From positions 6,572,001-6,636,000 of the forward strand of contig OX597819.1 in the NCBI GenBank assembly GCA_951406725.2: a DNA stretch of 64,000 nucleotides. Direction: 5' to 3'. A model generated the notes under the pieces. The model saw nothing but the letters and a program-made list of their open reading frames with translations. It did not search any database and was not told the origin of the DNA. This document shows, piece by piece, positions 1 to 15,371 of this stretch (the stretch's first letter is position 1; each line of letters begins with the position of its first letter). The position numbers and the translations under genes are program-made. This DNA comes from Octopus vulgaris. Taxonomy: Eukaryota.

Positions 1-1050
1 TGTATAGTCCGCCGGAAAGGTTGTGTAAGTATTGTTTAATTTGGGAGAGAAGGAATTGGCCAACATGGTCAGTAACCTGGGCTGAATCTAATGCGCCCAT
101 GGTTATATCGAAGAACTCATTAGAGGAGTTGCGTCTCCAATTATTATTCTTAAAGTGAATCAGGGTTCCGTATCAACCTGGCAAAGGGATGACTCCTGGC
201 CAGAATAATACTGAAGTCCGATCGGGAGATGAGAGCTTATTTTTGGGCAAAGATTAAGGTTTTATTTAGGAGAATTGCTGATATTGATGAATAATAATTT
301 GAGATGTCAAACTGAAGGAAATAGGTGTGTTGTTTATCATGAAAAGTGGAAGCTTAACGTTAGTTCTAACAATGGGTAGAATACGGGCAATGATGCATTT
401 ATTAGTACGACCTAAGTTGCATTTAGTGGGGCAAATGAGTCTAATGGAAGGCTTAGAGTAGAATTTGGTTTGTGGTCCTTCAGGGTGAAGTGGTGGGCTT
501 TAGGTGTATATAGTTCAGTTCTAGTTAGTAAATTAGATCAGCAATGAGCTTACGGTGGACCTTATTAACCTCCTTAAGAGCATTTCTATGTGCATGTTTA
601 TAATTTGTGTTTAGTTCCTTTGATAGTATATGTTTCGAGGGGAAGGGAGTAAAGATGCTAGTTTTGTCAGAAAAGAAGTGCAGGTGTAGTGAAGTCCTTA
701 TTTTATATGTAATTTTGGATAGTTCTTTCTGGAAGGAATTAGCATAATTAGAGAATTCAATGTTTTTTTATCTTATGTAGATCTTTCTCAAAATTAGCCA
801 TTGCAAGGTTTGGAGGGGGGTTTTGTGGGATTTTAGGTTGTAAGTGTCCTTTTCATTAGAATGTTCGGGGTGATTAGATTTGAGGCCATAATATAGGGCT
901 CTCAACATCATTCGAGTGATGAAGTCATTAGTCTTCTGTAGTAAGAGTTCCATGTGTATATCCCTTGGTGGGATCGGGATATTTTTTGTAGACTTTCTTG
1001 AGAATTGCTTATCTATGAGTGTTATCTAACTGTAGCGCTCAGCCGAGCAA
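1..1050 (-). mobile_element. Penelope-like retroelement, degenerate N-terminal/RT region (runs off the window)
   Basis: Minus-strand translation gives STKNIPIPP..MELLLQKTNDFITRM, HFTLKDHKPN/FYSKPSIRLICPTKCNLG and FFDITMGALDSAQVTDHVGQFLL...GGLY, which are PLE RT motifs; frameshifts and stops present. Confidence 0.85.
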
Positions 1051-1324
1051 AAGCTATATAGTTTGTAGATTAGAGGCAGGTATTATCTGCAGAGAAAACA
1101 CCTCGTAGTGCCCAATTCTGGATTGCTGGATTGTCTCGACCGTCAGTGGAACGCACCAAGAAAGTCCTACACAATTTTTAAAAAAACATAATTTAAAAAC
1201 TATATATCGTTTCCATTCTATGCAAGTCGGATTTCATTTATATGCATACATATCTACATTCTTTGTATTAAATGTATTTAAAAATTTTATATATCGACTT
1301 GACTAACTTGCTTCTCCGTATATT

Positions 1325-1356
<32 letters not shown>

Positions 1357-1873
1357 TATATACACAAACACACACACATACATATACACACACACACACA
1401 TATATATATGTATATGTATATATATGTTTTATGTATATATATATATATATATATATATGCATATATATTATATGTGTGCGTGCGTGTAATCAAACACCCA
1501 CAATAAGTGTTTGTATGGCAGATGAATGTGTGGATATGTGTGTTAGCTGTCACTAACAGGTTCTCATTCCTTGGACAAACACTACAACAGATTCCCGACT
1601 AAAGATGCCCTATAGTATTCGATCTTCCACGACCCTCACACACACTTACAACTCTTCTACTAATTTATACAGCCAGGAAACAGTCACGAAGCTAAATTTC
1701 CTGTTCACATGTTGTAAGGAATATTTTACAAGAAATATAAGCTTATTAAATGTTTTTGATTATTAAATCTTTATTCTTATTCATGTTATGTAATGAATCT
1801 TTACTCATGTATATGTGAATTATGCATAGAGAGAGAGAGAGAGATAAGCATGTATATATATATATGTGCACAA

Positions 1874-1918
<45 letters not shown>

Positions 1919-2598
1919 CATATACATACACATACATACACACATACACACATACACACATACACGGAGGACCCTGTGGCTTGAATTCGGTAATTAAGGA
2001 GGAATAAATTAAACGCCGAGTACAATACAATATTAGTTTAGTGAAATTTACCTCTGGGTGGGTGAATACGAAAGCAGAAACCTATCGGCAATCGTAAGGA
2101 ATTCTGAAGAGGATATAATTAATAATAAACTATTGACTGCGCCTGTATGCTTGAGAAAATCGACAGTGTAACCTTAAGTGGCTGGAACAACTATGAACAC
2201 AATGTGCCAGTCTCTGTTTAAACTCATCGACATAAGTGTAATCCTAAAACTACACAAAATTGGTTCTTAACATTTTATAATATAGTAATATTTAATTTTT
2301 TCAGACTTGTGGAATAAAGCGTCAATGGTAAGCAACTCTGAAAGGGAACAAAGATTTGGCTGAGTTAAAAATAGATAAGGTACCTCTATAGAAAAAGTTT
2401 TTGGTAACAATTCAACATCATCTCTGTCTCCCTGCTCTTTAGGATATATAAATCTACCTTATAAGACGCTATCGTACAGATAAATAAATAATTTTATTCT
2501 CAAACGCAGGATAATGCTAATAATATTTTCTTATCTGTATCTTTCAATACGTCTCCACGCTTCTAAATCAAACTTTGTTGACTTTCAATGTAAGGTGA

Positions 2599-2651
<53 letters not shown>

Positions 2652-3622
2652 TCGGGCATAGTACCTATAGAAATATATACTTATGCATGTACACATATAA
2701 TATACGTATATATTTGAAAATTTCGTACATTACAATTTTCTCCAAAATTGTGTTAAATTAATTACTCAGCTAGTATAAATTTTGGTCCTATAATAGAGGT
2801 TCAAATGTGACGAGTTGAATGAAGGAAATAGTCGACCACCTAACTTGCATCCATCATGCAACTGTAGAATTCGTTAAAATTGCCCAGTAGATAGTTACTG
2901 TTTAGTAAAAATGGGTATATATAGCATTAATGTAAAAACAATATACAGCATTGGGTCGGCCGAGAACGGGCTTTCAGATGTAGATGCTTGATATAGATGC
3001 GTTGTTTATTTCGCTCTTGTGTAAAACAATTGTCGTGAGTCCATAAATTCTTGGACGGTTGTAGGCAAATCACAAATGTGTAGTAATAGTAATTTCAAAT
3101 TGAAAATACGGTGAAAACTGTTATTTTAACTAGAAAATATTTTGGTTTTTAACGGTAATGATTTAAACAAATTTACTAGATTATTAGAACCTTATATTCA
3201 TGATGCGAATAATTTTATTCTTTTGTTTATAAAAACTACATCCTTGAATATCCACCTAATTGAAAGGAAGGACATTTTTGGAAGTGCTACTAAAAATAAA
3301 AAGCAATTTCATTAAAGAAGAATGGCTTTTATTGTGGCCTGCATTATATCATGTTTGGACTCTGCTTGCAATGATAAGCAAAAAAGCATTAACGAATTGA
3401 GACTACTTCCTATTTCCACGAGATCCAAGAAGTAGATAGAAAATGTGACCCTGAAGTAGCTGTTTTATTTAAATATCGTGTGCGACACTATAAAATATCG
3501 AGATAAATATTTCGCGATAGATTTAATATAATACATAATATTTTTACATGATTTAAGAGGTATCAGACGCAAATTTACAGCTGAAATAGTGAAAACGCTA
3601 AACACGGTCTGTTGGCATTTTG

Positions 3623-4422
<800 letters not shown>

Positions 4423-6631
4423 GATCCCAAATATGTGTGTGTGTGTGTGTGTGTGTGTATCTCCATTCATACATACATTGAATAACCGTAGACTATGAAT
4501 GCAGCTAGAGTATTGGTTCTTTCAGGAAACTCTTTAAAGGTTTATTCTTTCTTTACCTTTTACGTTATATTAAATATTATCCGATATTAACGATTTTTAT
4601 TGCTTTGTTTCCGTTTCTAAAACAGCGTGGATTGTGATATATTAATATCTATTTGTCTTGTATTGATATACAATGATGGTAGCGTGCTCAGCTAAGGGTA
4701 GCAAAGTTTTTCATAAAGTAATCTTAGATATTTTAAAGTAATGAAGGAAGCCCTCTCATGAAGCTATTTATTACCGCCAGAAAAAAAATATTACCGCAAG
4801 TCTGTAAATATGTTTTAATAGTCTTTTGCGAATTTTCAAGAAGCAAAAAGAAAAATTATATTCATAAAATTGTTAATGATTTAATTTTTATAGTACTCTT
4901 TTAATTTCACGCTTTCCTGTGCATGTTTTATGGAAATTGGCTTCTTATTAAAATAAAACACATGCATTTATCGATATAGCGCTTTCACATACTGACAATA
5001 TATTGGCCTGAATATTAGTGATGCGATAAATTTTACTTAAACTTTCTTCAAACGAATCAATGTTTGGGGCCAACGCTTCCATAATTACAATCGATTGTTT
5101 TCAATCATGAAACAAAGAGGGTAAAAGTGTAAACCTGATATGGACGACCGATAGTCACTAATGAAATTAGCCTGGTGCGTAAGTGTAAAAATAAAAGACG
5201 AAAATATAATAACTAGAAGCAATAAAATCAAAAACTGATTAATCGAGCAAATCCCTTTCTAGAATTGTACGTCTGTTGACTTATGCTAATGAACTTTTCA
5301 TTAAACATTCTTATCACAGCAAACAAGTGAGCAATATGAAGAGCAAAAAAAGAAAGAGCTATTTTTCGTCGATTGAGGGAGCTTTCATTAACAAATAAAA
5401 AGATTATTAATCTTTAGAACAGTGTACATTAAATTATTTTATATTTAAAATAAACATAATTAAACTTAGGTGAAGATGGGTATTAATTCCATATCGAAAA
5501 CAAGCACGCTGAGCTCTGTCTCCTACATTTTTTACTGTTTGTTGTGTATTAGGACTATAAACTCATTTGAATGAAATAATTGCTCTGTTTTGCTTTAGAT
5601 TATCAGTTGAAAATAAGGATCCACACTACGTGATTCTGAATTAAAGAGCCGTCGTTATTTTATTGGTCGGGTGTGAATTCAATGATCGATATTGTATTCA
5701 TTCGAATCGAAAACGCTTTCATATGTTGATAGGACTGCTTAAATTCGGAACACATATATGTGAAATCCTATCAATATCCAGAATCGTTAAATTTGTTACA
5801 CACTCTACACAGCTTTAGTTGTAAGGGACAACAGATGCATGAAGAGTAAATCTTTTGAAAAGGCTTTAAAGGAAAATAGAAATTGACTCACAAGACATTT
5901 GTAATAACATCAGATTTTTGTTCATTTAAGTAGGCCCCGTGTTTAATTGCAAAACAGAATTCACAAAGTAGTAAATGGTTTACTAACAAAGTAAATGACA
6001 CGGAGTTAGACCTATCTTATACATAGTCTGCGTGCACATACAAGACTATATACAGACAGAAGTCGCTTGCTTAGTCACGGAGTGTTCGCGCACGGAGTTG
6101 ATATCTCGAGTAAGACACTCACTTTCCTTCAAGATAACCCCACTTCAAATAGATCAACAACAAGTGAATCATATGTACACGATTACACAGTCTTCCCGTT
6201 GCAAGTGACTTGCTTCATCGAACATCCACCATACCAAAATCTACTGAGTCTACACGAACGACATGATCCAGCATTTTCTTCAATTTGAGAAATATCTGAT
6301 GAGAGCATCTTGCTAGTTGATGAATGTTTCTCGTACGGAATTTTCAGGAATTATTGTTCTAATATGAGATTTACTTCATTCCTACCCTTCAACGGCGGCT
6401 AGACAACCTTATTATCAGCACTGCCTTGTCAAATTTGAGTGCAGATTACAAAAGGTATCTAGAGAAAGTCATGCTCCCACCTTAGACTCGCGAAAAGGCC
6501 CTTGGTGATTCATTATCCTCAATACAACCGAAAACTATATTTTAAACAAAAATCTCATTTTAGTGCCTGCAAAGACGCTCACGTAGATCAACGCTGTTAA
6601 ACACACACACACACACACACACACACACGCG

Positions 6632-6676
<45 letters not shown>

Positions 6677-7319
6677 TTATGTATATACGTTATTCCCTAA
6701 GGCATGTGAGGAACCATTTGAGCTGCGAACTGCGTTCATTGGATCTTATGACGCATAGGTTTCTGCGTTCTTTTGAGCCATCTGCCACGAACACCAAATA
6801 GGAATTTCTCAACTCGTAAAGACCATTCGTTCTTATATTAGAACAGCTAACGCACCGATTACTTATGAGCGTAAAGATTGCTTATACTAGAATTAATTAA
6901 CTAAAGTCACACAAATGAGCGATGGAAAGAAGATAATTGTGTAAAGTCCTATTTAACGCGTTTGAATACAATCAGACGTGGCAAGACAATTCGTTGCGAA
7001 AATAGTCGAAATAGTAAAAAATCTGCTCATAGACATTTTATTTGGACAGCGAAAGGTAAATTTGGTTCTTGTAGTAAATAATGCTAAATAACTCAAAGGC
7101 ATATGCGTCCTACGATTCAGTAACGTCACAGCCCGGGATGTTTTCACTATCCGTTTTCTTCAAGGAAGATAATTTTCTCTAGAGACTATTTCCGCAGTAA
7201 AAGCTCTTCCCACGTCCGAGTGCTCCAGGTCCTGTTAAATATTACTTTACAAGAATCTGCTTTATTCATCTGTTTCGATTGACTTCAGTTTACACATAGA
7301 CACACAGACACACACGCAG

Positions 7320-7351
<32 letters not shown>

Positions 7352-7462
7352 GTATGTGTGTGTATCCTCTTATAGGGATAGTTTTATCTAAAATACCTTG
7401 GTTTGATATGTTAAATTTTGAAGAGATATTTCTTCAATAAATATATTATAAAACATCAAATA

Positions 7463-8526
7463 TCTTTATATATATAAAACTGAGAATGTATGTCTATCTG
7501 TCTGTGTGTTTCCCTAAAACTTGAGAACTACACAACCAATTTCATTCAAATTTTACACATGCCTTACTTAGGGTCCGGGGAGTGTCATCGGCAAAAAAAT
7601 GTTGAACTTTTTGCCTAGGGCGAGCCCACAGCAATATCATATCTTCTCCACTACGATTCCCTAAAACTTGAGAACTATACAACCAATTCTATTCAAATTT
7701 TACACATGCCTTACTTAGGGTCTATGTAGTTTCATGGGCAAAAAAATGTTCAACTTCTTGCCTAGAGCGAGCTCATAGCAATATCATATCTTCTCCACTA
7801 TTTTAGTATTACGTGTTAAAAGTGAAACAAAAACGTTTCTCTATTTTATGTCAGATACTTTCACTTAAACAATAAAAATAATAATAACAATTGAATTATA
7901 TGTAGTAAGTAATAATTAAAATCAAGCTAAAGTATAATATAATCGTAACATAACAAAAGTAAAAATAGCAATTGGTATAAAATTGCATCAATGATTTTAA
8001 CTTGAATAAGTGGTTTCTCATGAATGGGAATAAATTAAAAATAAAATTAGCGTGCAGAAATGGAATAGTCCAGATGAATAATAAAAAATTAAATTAAAGA
8101 AAAGACTATTGTCTATAAAGTATACAATGTAGAGAAAAAAGAAGATTTGAACACATGGAGGAAAGCACCTTCGAAAAGTGTCTTGGTGCGACTATGAAAG
8201 GTATCTAATCAGAGGCGGTAAATTCGCCACAATAGAAGCAAGTTTCGAGTCAACGGAGCGTGCAAGGGAGTACTCGACTCGAACTTGCAAAGTGGAAATA
8301 TTTTATTTTTACCTTTATATCTTGGACGTAGGACGTGACGCACTAGCGATATCAAGATATAACTTTGTATTTTGTATTTTATGTGTATCATGATATAACT
8401 TTGTATTTTGTATTTTATGTGTAGATGTATATATATATAGATGTACATGTAATATGTACACATATATATACACATATATACATGCAGTAGCACTATGACC
8501 CGGCAACGACGGGTCTTAATTGCTAG
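7463..8526 (+). mobile_element. Non-autonomous Helitron (about 1.06 kb)
   Basis: A|TC 5' end, subterminal hairpin GACCCG-gcaacga-CGGGTC (8497-8515), CTAG|T 3' end, no TSD; internal tandem duplication of about 147 bp (7510-7800). Confidence 0.8.
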
Positions 8527-8576
8527 TTATTTATAAGTTTGAAAATGGATAGATTCAATTGATATAAATTAATGTA

Positions 8577-8996
8577 GGAGTAGGAATGGCTGTGGTATAA
8601 GTAGCTTGCTTACGAACCGCATGGTTCCCGGTTCAGTCCCACTGCGTGGCACCTTGGGCAAGTGTCTTCTACTATACCCTCGGGCCGACCAAAGCCTTAT
8701 GTGGATTTGGTAGACGGAAACTGAAAGAAGCCCGTCATATATATGTATTTATACGTTTGTGTGTGTGTGTATATGTTTATGTATCTGTGTTTAGTCCCCC
8801 CAGCATCACTTGACAACCGATGGTGGTGTGTTTACGTTCCCGTAACTTAGCGGTTCGGCAAAAGAGACCGATAGAATAAGTACTAGGCTTACAAAGAATA
8901 AGTCCTGGGGTCGATTTTCTCGACTAAAGGCGGTGCTCTATCTTGGCTACACTCAAATAACTGAAACAAGTAAAAGAGTAAAAGGGTAAAAGAGTA
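8577..8996 (+). mobile_element. tRNA-derived SINE with CORE-like body (family A)
   Basis: A/B boxes (TGGCTGTGG...GGTTCAGTCC), CCTTGGGCAAGT CORE-like motif, internal TA/TG tract, GTAAAAGA tail; many copies in the window. Confidence 0.85.
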
Positions 8997-9007
8997 ATTG
9001 ATATTAT

Positions 9008-9239
9008 TCTTTTATTTGTTTCAGTCATTTGACTGCGGTCATGCTGGAGCACCGCTTTAGTCGAACAAATCGAACCCAGGACTTATTCTTTGTAAGCCTA
9101 GTACTTATTCTATCGGTGGTTTTTTGCCGAACCGCTAAGTTACGGGGACGTGAAAACACCAACGTCGGTTGTCAAGCGATGGTGGGGAGACAAATACAGA
9201 CAAAAACATACACACACACAGACATACACACACACACAT

Positions 9240-9270
<31 letters not shown>

Positions 9271-9434
9271 CGACGGGCTTCCTTCAGTTTCCGTCTACCA
9301 AATCCACTCACAAGGTTTTGGTCGGCTCGAGCCTATAGTAGAAGACACTCGCCCAAGGTGTCACGCAGTGGGTCTGAACCCGGAACCCCGTGGTTGGCAA
9401 AAAATTTACTTACTAAACAGCCACTCCTGCGCCT
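9008..9434 (-). mobile_element. SINE family A, inverted relative to 8577-8996
   Basis: Reverse complement of the family A consensus. Confidence 0.85.
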
Positions 9435-9459
9435 ACATGGCCTACAATTGTTTCACTTC

Positions 9460-9730
9460 ACACTCTTTTGATGAGCTGCTAAGATACAGGAATGTAAACA
9501 CAACAACACCGATTCTCAAGCGGTGATGGGGTGACAAACACAGACACAAAGACACGCACACACTAGATATATACAAATATATACATATATACCACGGGCT
9601 TCTTTCAGTTTCCGACTACCAAATCCACTCAGAAGACTTTGGTCGGCTCAAGGCTATAGTAGAAGACATGCTGAAGGTGTAATGCCGTGGGACTGAATCT
9701 GAAACAACGAGGTTGGGAAGACGCTTCTTA
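9460..9730 (-). mobile_element. SINE family A, partial and diverged
   Basis: Matches the family A 5' two-thirds (ttctttcagtttccgactaccaaatccactc). Confidence 0.75.
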
Positions 9731-9846
9731 CGATTCATACATTATTACATGGGGCAATTTTGAAATATTCCACATTAGAAATGGCAGTAAAACCAACTGG
9801 ATGTTGGCTTTGGCATTGTGAAATTTCTTAGGGATTCAAACGTTAT

Positions 9847-10240
9847 TAAGATAACTTAGATAACTTAGATATGTTTCGACCAAAGATTGGTCCAGGCCAT
9901 GTCTAACTTAATAGCACCACCTGATAAGATTATTCGAATCCTGTTTACGTCAAGTTTTGTTAAAGTCAAGTTTTGTTCAAGTAGTGAGTTCTTGTTGGGT
10001 GAGTTGTATCCAATTATGGGTGGCTTATCTGGTATTCTTTGAAGGTATCTATCCAGACTCCGTTTAAAGTTGATGGGATCCTCTTCCTCTTTGATCTCTT
10101 TCGGGACAATGTTAAATAGGGCAGGGCCTGTTGAGGAAAAGAAATTATGTTGCAGTGTACATATATGTTGTGATCTTGAATTGGGCAGGGGACGTATGGC
10201 CCGTGGTCCCAGTCTTAGATGAACCTTGAAGCTAATGTTA
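9847..10240 (-). mobile_element. 5'-truncated CR1/L2-group LINE 3' end
   Basis: ORF 9865-10275 C-terminus GPALFNIVPKEIK...FKRSLDRYLQRIPDKP, followed by a (TATCTAAGT)n tandem tail. Confidence 0.75.
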
Positions 10241-10791
10241 AGGTCGGAGGCATAAATATAAATACAGATACACATATAGAGGGAGGTAATTATTCACAGA
10301 CGGAACGAGCATTTATATTTACATCTCACACTTTCACAAGCAAAAAAGAAACTTGCCAACACAGGAATGTGTGCATTGAACCACTGCAAAAGTCCACGAA
10401 TGATTGTCTCTTATTACACGTAAATGCTACTGATCATATTTTTATCCAAACCAATGAAGGTTTTAAATCTAGTAAAATCTCACATAACAAATTCCAGAAT
10501 GATGAGCATTTGAAAGTCGAGATAAAGAACGCATGACAACTGAGGTTATGCTCAAAATCCACTCATAAAATAGGTATTTCACTCTCAATACACTTTTCAG
10601 TATTTAATTTCACTGTTAGTGTGCACTGTATACATACTGATGAATATATGCCTGTATCTCTGGGTGCGTTTCCTATATATATATGTATGTGTGTGTATGC
10701 ATTTATGTATACATACGTATTCATATATACATATATATATGTATACGTATTCATATATATATATATATATATGTATACATGCATATATAAG

Positions 10792-10876
<85 letters not shown>

Positions 10877-10985
10877 GTATATAATATATATTATATATAC
10901 GCATATATATGTATTTCAATATATGACCGCGTGTGTATCGTTGGCGATTTTCTTTCTCCGTCATCCCTTCTTCGGACTTTTTCTA

Positions 10986-11021
10986 TATTTCTGACGAAAA
11001 GCTCCACTTGAAACGTGAGAT
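10986..11021 (+). ncRNA. Degenerate minimal hammerhead motif in a TA-flanked unit of about 200 bp (10920-11120)
   Basis: CTGACGA-a-AAG ctcca CTT-GAAA-CG-TG; cleavage position is G and helix I is weak. Confidence 0.4.
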
Positions 11022-11123
11022 CCTCTTTCTTTTCCTTCCTTTCCTGAGCGTCCAATAACACTGTATTTATTCCACGTCCTCGCGTTGTTGTTTTTTCTTG
11101 CTTGTTCATGTTTGGATTAACTA

Positions 11124-11156
<33 letters not shown>

Positions 11157-11419
11157 TGTATAATATATTATATTATAGAAAGATTCTGTGGATGGGAATA
11201 ATACAGATAGCTAGATAGATACATACATACTTACATACATACACACATAATATATACATACACACATACACACATACATGCATACATACACACATAAAAT
11301 CTATGAATATTCTTTATTTATTTGATGATAGATTTGTTTTCTAAATACTTTGCAGTTCTTTCAAAGCTATTCAATATGAAGGTTGTTACTGATAATTTTC
11401 TCTTCAGATTTGCATCTAT

Positions 11420-11541
11420 ATGTTCTGGTATTCAAAGAAAAATAAGAAATATGTCTTTCTAGCGTTCCTTTGTTCTCTTCTGCTTCTTTTCCACAACTTG
11501 TTTCGACCTTTCAACCAATTCAAACCAAACAAAAGATCGCG
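11420..11541 (+). CDS. Candidate first coding exon: basic N-terminus plus hydrophobic signal/anchor (MFWYSKKNKKYVFLAFLCSLLLLFHNLFRPFNQFKPNKRS)
   Basis: Acceptor ttttctcttcAG ending at 11407, ATG at 11420, donor CG|GTAAGC after 11541 (phase 2); unique non-repetitive sequence. Confidence 0.5.
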
Positions 11542-11724
11542 GTAAGCATCAGTACAGTTTTCGCTGATGCTTAGTGTTAAAAAACTACAACTATACATTG
11601 AATGAAATAATCTAGTCTGAGCGTTAATGGCGGTTTGATAATGAGAAGTGCACATACATAGTCGGTAGTTCTTAGATATACTACATGCGCGTCCCTGGGA
11701 CAGGTGGGTATTATACACACACAC

Positions 11725-11777
<53 letters not shown>

Positions 11778-11860
11778 TATACATACACATATACAAATAT
11801 ACATATGTATCTATATAATTTATTATATGCGCAGATGTTTATGTATGTAGGTAGTGTGTA

Positions 11861-12372
11861 TCTATATATATAAAACTGTAGTTGTGTGAGTGTCTGTCCC
11901 CTTCGATTTAGATTCCTAACTACTCCCACATTTTGCGGTGCAGTTTAACCAAATTCGGGTATCTCATAGTCGTGATTCATATCGAGCCCGTCTCGGTATT
12001 AGCGCGCGTCTACAATGAGTCTACGATTTTAAAAATAATTTAACATAATTTTTTATTCCATTTTAATGCATAATTTTTCGTGTGTCGATGGCGGCAGAGT
12101 TGGCGTCCATGGTCACACCTCCACCTGTTTGCTTCTCCCCTTCTTCCCTCCCTCGTGAAGCTGTGGGGAAGGGAGTGTAAGGAAATCAACGTCGTAAAGC
12201 GTTGTCAAGGAGACCAGCGTTCTTTTAGAACAACGACTTTATGGCTTGAAGTCGCCAAAACAGAAATGGCTAAGAAAGCCTGAATTGGCATCTATAAGGG
12301 AAGTAACTCTCTAAAAATGCTTATATAGTTATTTCCCTTACAAACACGAGCAACGCCGGGCGATACTGCTAG
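11861..12372 (+). mobile_element. Non-autonomous Helitron (family H) with an internal GC-richer insert
   Basis: A|TCTATATATATAAAA start, cgagcaacgccggg hairpin, CTAG|T end; shares termini with 23952, 33411 and 61384. Confidence 0.85.
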
Positions 12373-13025
12373 TATATATATAAAACTTACTTGGAAAAGA
12401 ATGCGTGGCGTTCGATCATATAATAATATGAATAATATATATGGGTACAGGACATCAAAAAACGAGGACAGAATGAGAAATGAGACAAGAGAAATGAGGC
12501 ATGCAACATAAAGAAATTTCCTTTCATCAGTTGTACAGTTTTATCTACACCGCATTTTGAAGGTAAGGACAAGACGCGACTTCGTTAAACCAGTCCTTCC
12601 CGCAAAGCAAATTAAAATAAAATTTGGGATATTTTGTGGAGGCTGAAAGTGGTAGCAAACGTAGAACAGTGAGAACAAAACAGTAAAAACAAACGGTGCG
12701 GGCTGTTAAGCCAAGCGTTCGATCAAAAGGGACATACACATAAGCATACACATAGATACACACACACACCCATATATACGATGGGATTCTTTCAGTTTCC
12801 GTCCACCAAGTTCACCCGCAAGGCTGATGTGATGCTGTAGTAGAAGACACATGGCCATGGTGTCATGCAATGGGATTGAACTAGAAACCATGTGGTTTGG
12901 AAGCAAGCTTCTTACTACACGGCCGCGCTTATATGTTGATGTACATACATACATACATACATACATACATGCATGCATGTATGCATGCATACATACATGC
13001 ATGTATACATGCATACATACATACA

Positions 13026-13138
<113 letters not shown>

Positions 13139-13265
13139 TTATCAATTCGTTTTGCAAGATTCCCGATGTGAAATCGTGTATTGAAACAGATATTCTTGTA
13201 CTTCAGGATAGTCATTTTATTTATTTATTGTTACTATTGCTTTTTTCCCGAACAAAGACAAACGC

Positions 13266-13319
<54 letters not shown>

Positions 13320-13368
13320 CATATGACAACTAAGTGTTTGGTTTTTCAAATTATATTGAAACTGGAAC

Positions 13369-13441
13369 GATCGTACTGACGAGTTCTGCGGACGAAGGAT
13401 TACGTAATTTATTCGATGACAGACGAAGCTTGTATACGATT
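13369..13441 (+). ncRNA. Degenerate type-I hammerhead in a TA-flanked unit of about 200 bp
   Basis: Helix I ATCGTA/TACGAT, core CTGACGA, helix II GT(T)CTG/CAGAC, then GAAGCTTG-TA (A15.1 missing; AAGCTT palindrome). Confidence 0.55.
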
Positions 13442-13525
13442 GATCTTGATTTTTATATATATTTAATTTTCATCTGTCTTGCACGCTTATGTTCTGGTGT
13501 TTTTTTTTTGTAGTTCGATCATCCC

Positions 13526-13631
<106 letters not shown>

Positions 13632-13639
13632 CATATATA

Positions 13640-13686
<47 letters not shown>

Positions 13687-14850
13687 CAAAAAGAAGTTTT
13701 TGATAATTACTTATTTAGTGCTTTCATCTTCTCTCAGAGATTGAACTGGGATAATATTTTTACAGAGAATTTATGGTAAGAAGTTGGTTTGTGCACGACG
13801 GAGTTTCCTTTTCAGCGCCACTGTGTGATACATTGAGCTAATACTATAGCCTCGGGCTGACCAAAGCCTTCTGAGTGGATCTGGTCGTAAAATGTAACAG
13901 AGGCGTATGAATAGTACTCAATTTTAGAAGACGCACATATCCTTCCTATTTCGACTTCTCTCTGTCTATGTTTCTCTTTCTCTCGGCTTACCTACCTTTC
14001 TATCATTATATCATTTAAGTTTAAATGCAGAAAGTATTTTATGCCGCGATAAGATGCACCTTTATATACAAAAGTATACAATTTCCTTCACAAGGGACAT
14101 TTTTAACACTTAACTATACTTGTCTGCCATACTAATGAACAAAGCCGAGATAAGCTGCTGCGTAGCTTCGATGGTTTATGCCTCATGAATTGAAACAATG
14201 CTTGCATGACGTCAACAACTCATTCTAGACGAGGAGACATACAAATATGTTGTAGAGACTGGCCTTAATAAGCAGTCGAGACGTTTTTAATAGTTGATTC
14301 TGTTGAAGATTTTACTGAACAAAAGAAATCAGGGACTTAGAATAAAGACAAACCAGTTCGGTGATTATTGTAGATATGGATAGATTGATATTGAGAGACA
14401 GAAAGATAGGAAGGTAGGTATTTGGATTGATATGCAGACTGTTAGACAGATAGGTGGGTAGATAGATAAACAGAGGGAAAGAGATAGACAGGGAGTGCGG
14501 TGGACGGATGAATGAATGGATGGATATGAGTAGATTGTGAAAAAATAAGATGAAGCGTAAGATAGAGAGAAGTGGGAGAGAGACAAAGGAATGAAATGAA
14601 AGTTGATGAATGCGTAAATTCTTTGAGAAAGACAAGACACATTAACTGAATTCGACTGGCGGAAATTGGTTGAAGAATTGACATATTTAATCAGATAAAT
14701 GCAACTAAGCTTTCTCCTCGATAGGATTTTCAATAGATTATAGAGTATTTTGTAGAGTCCTTTGTGTTGCTTTCATAAATGCTAAAATATATCAAATCAT
14801 ATTAGTATTCATCCTCCCAAAATTAATTATTATATGTTGTAAATATAAAT

Positions 14851-14890
<40 letters not shown>

Positions 14891-15059
14891 GCATACACAC
14901 ACACACTCACGCACACACACTCAGTCACACCCACCCACTCACACACGCACACATGTATATACAGAAGTTGTGTCTTAGGCATAGTGAGTTATATTTAAAA
15001 TTATAAAAATATGTATATTCATATATATTCATGTATATATTCATATGTATATGTATATG

Positions 15060-15112
<53 letters not shown>

Positions 15113-15119
15113 ATGTATA

Positions 15120-15179
<60 letters not shown>

Positions 15180-15291
15180 TATAACCATAAGAGTAAATAA
15201 TAAGAGTAAATAATAAAAAGTTACATACCGAAATCTACCAGTAAATAATTGTTGGTTTTTTTGAAAAAAAATCGAAGAAATTATTTACTCT

Positions 15292-15371
<80 letters not shown>

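Noticed and set aside
3447-3609. Hammerhead-like GACC-CTGAAGT-AGCTGT...ACAGCT-GAAA...GGTC
   Set aside because: A9 mutated and no UH cleavage site; possibly a relic but not counted.
6067-6288. 73-aa ORF in unique sequence
   Set aside because: TTG start, no recognisable motif and no consistent splice signals.
6296-6340. CTGATGA followed by a weak stem
   Set aside because: No GAAA/UH in register.
12515-12570. Possible permuted (type II) hammerhead on the minus strand
   Set aside because: G12 absent and helices I/III do not pair.
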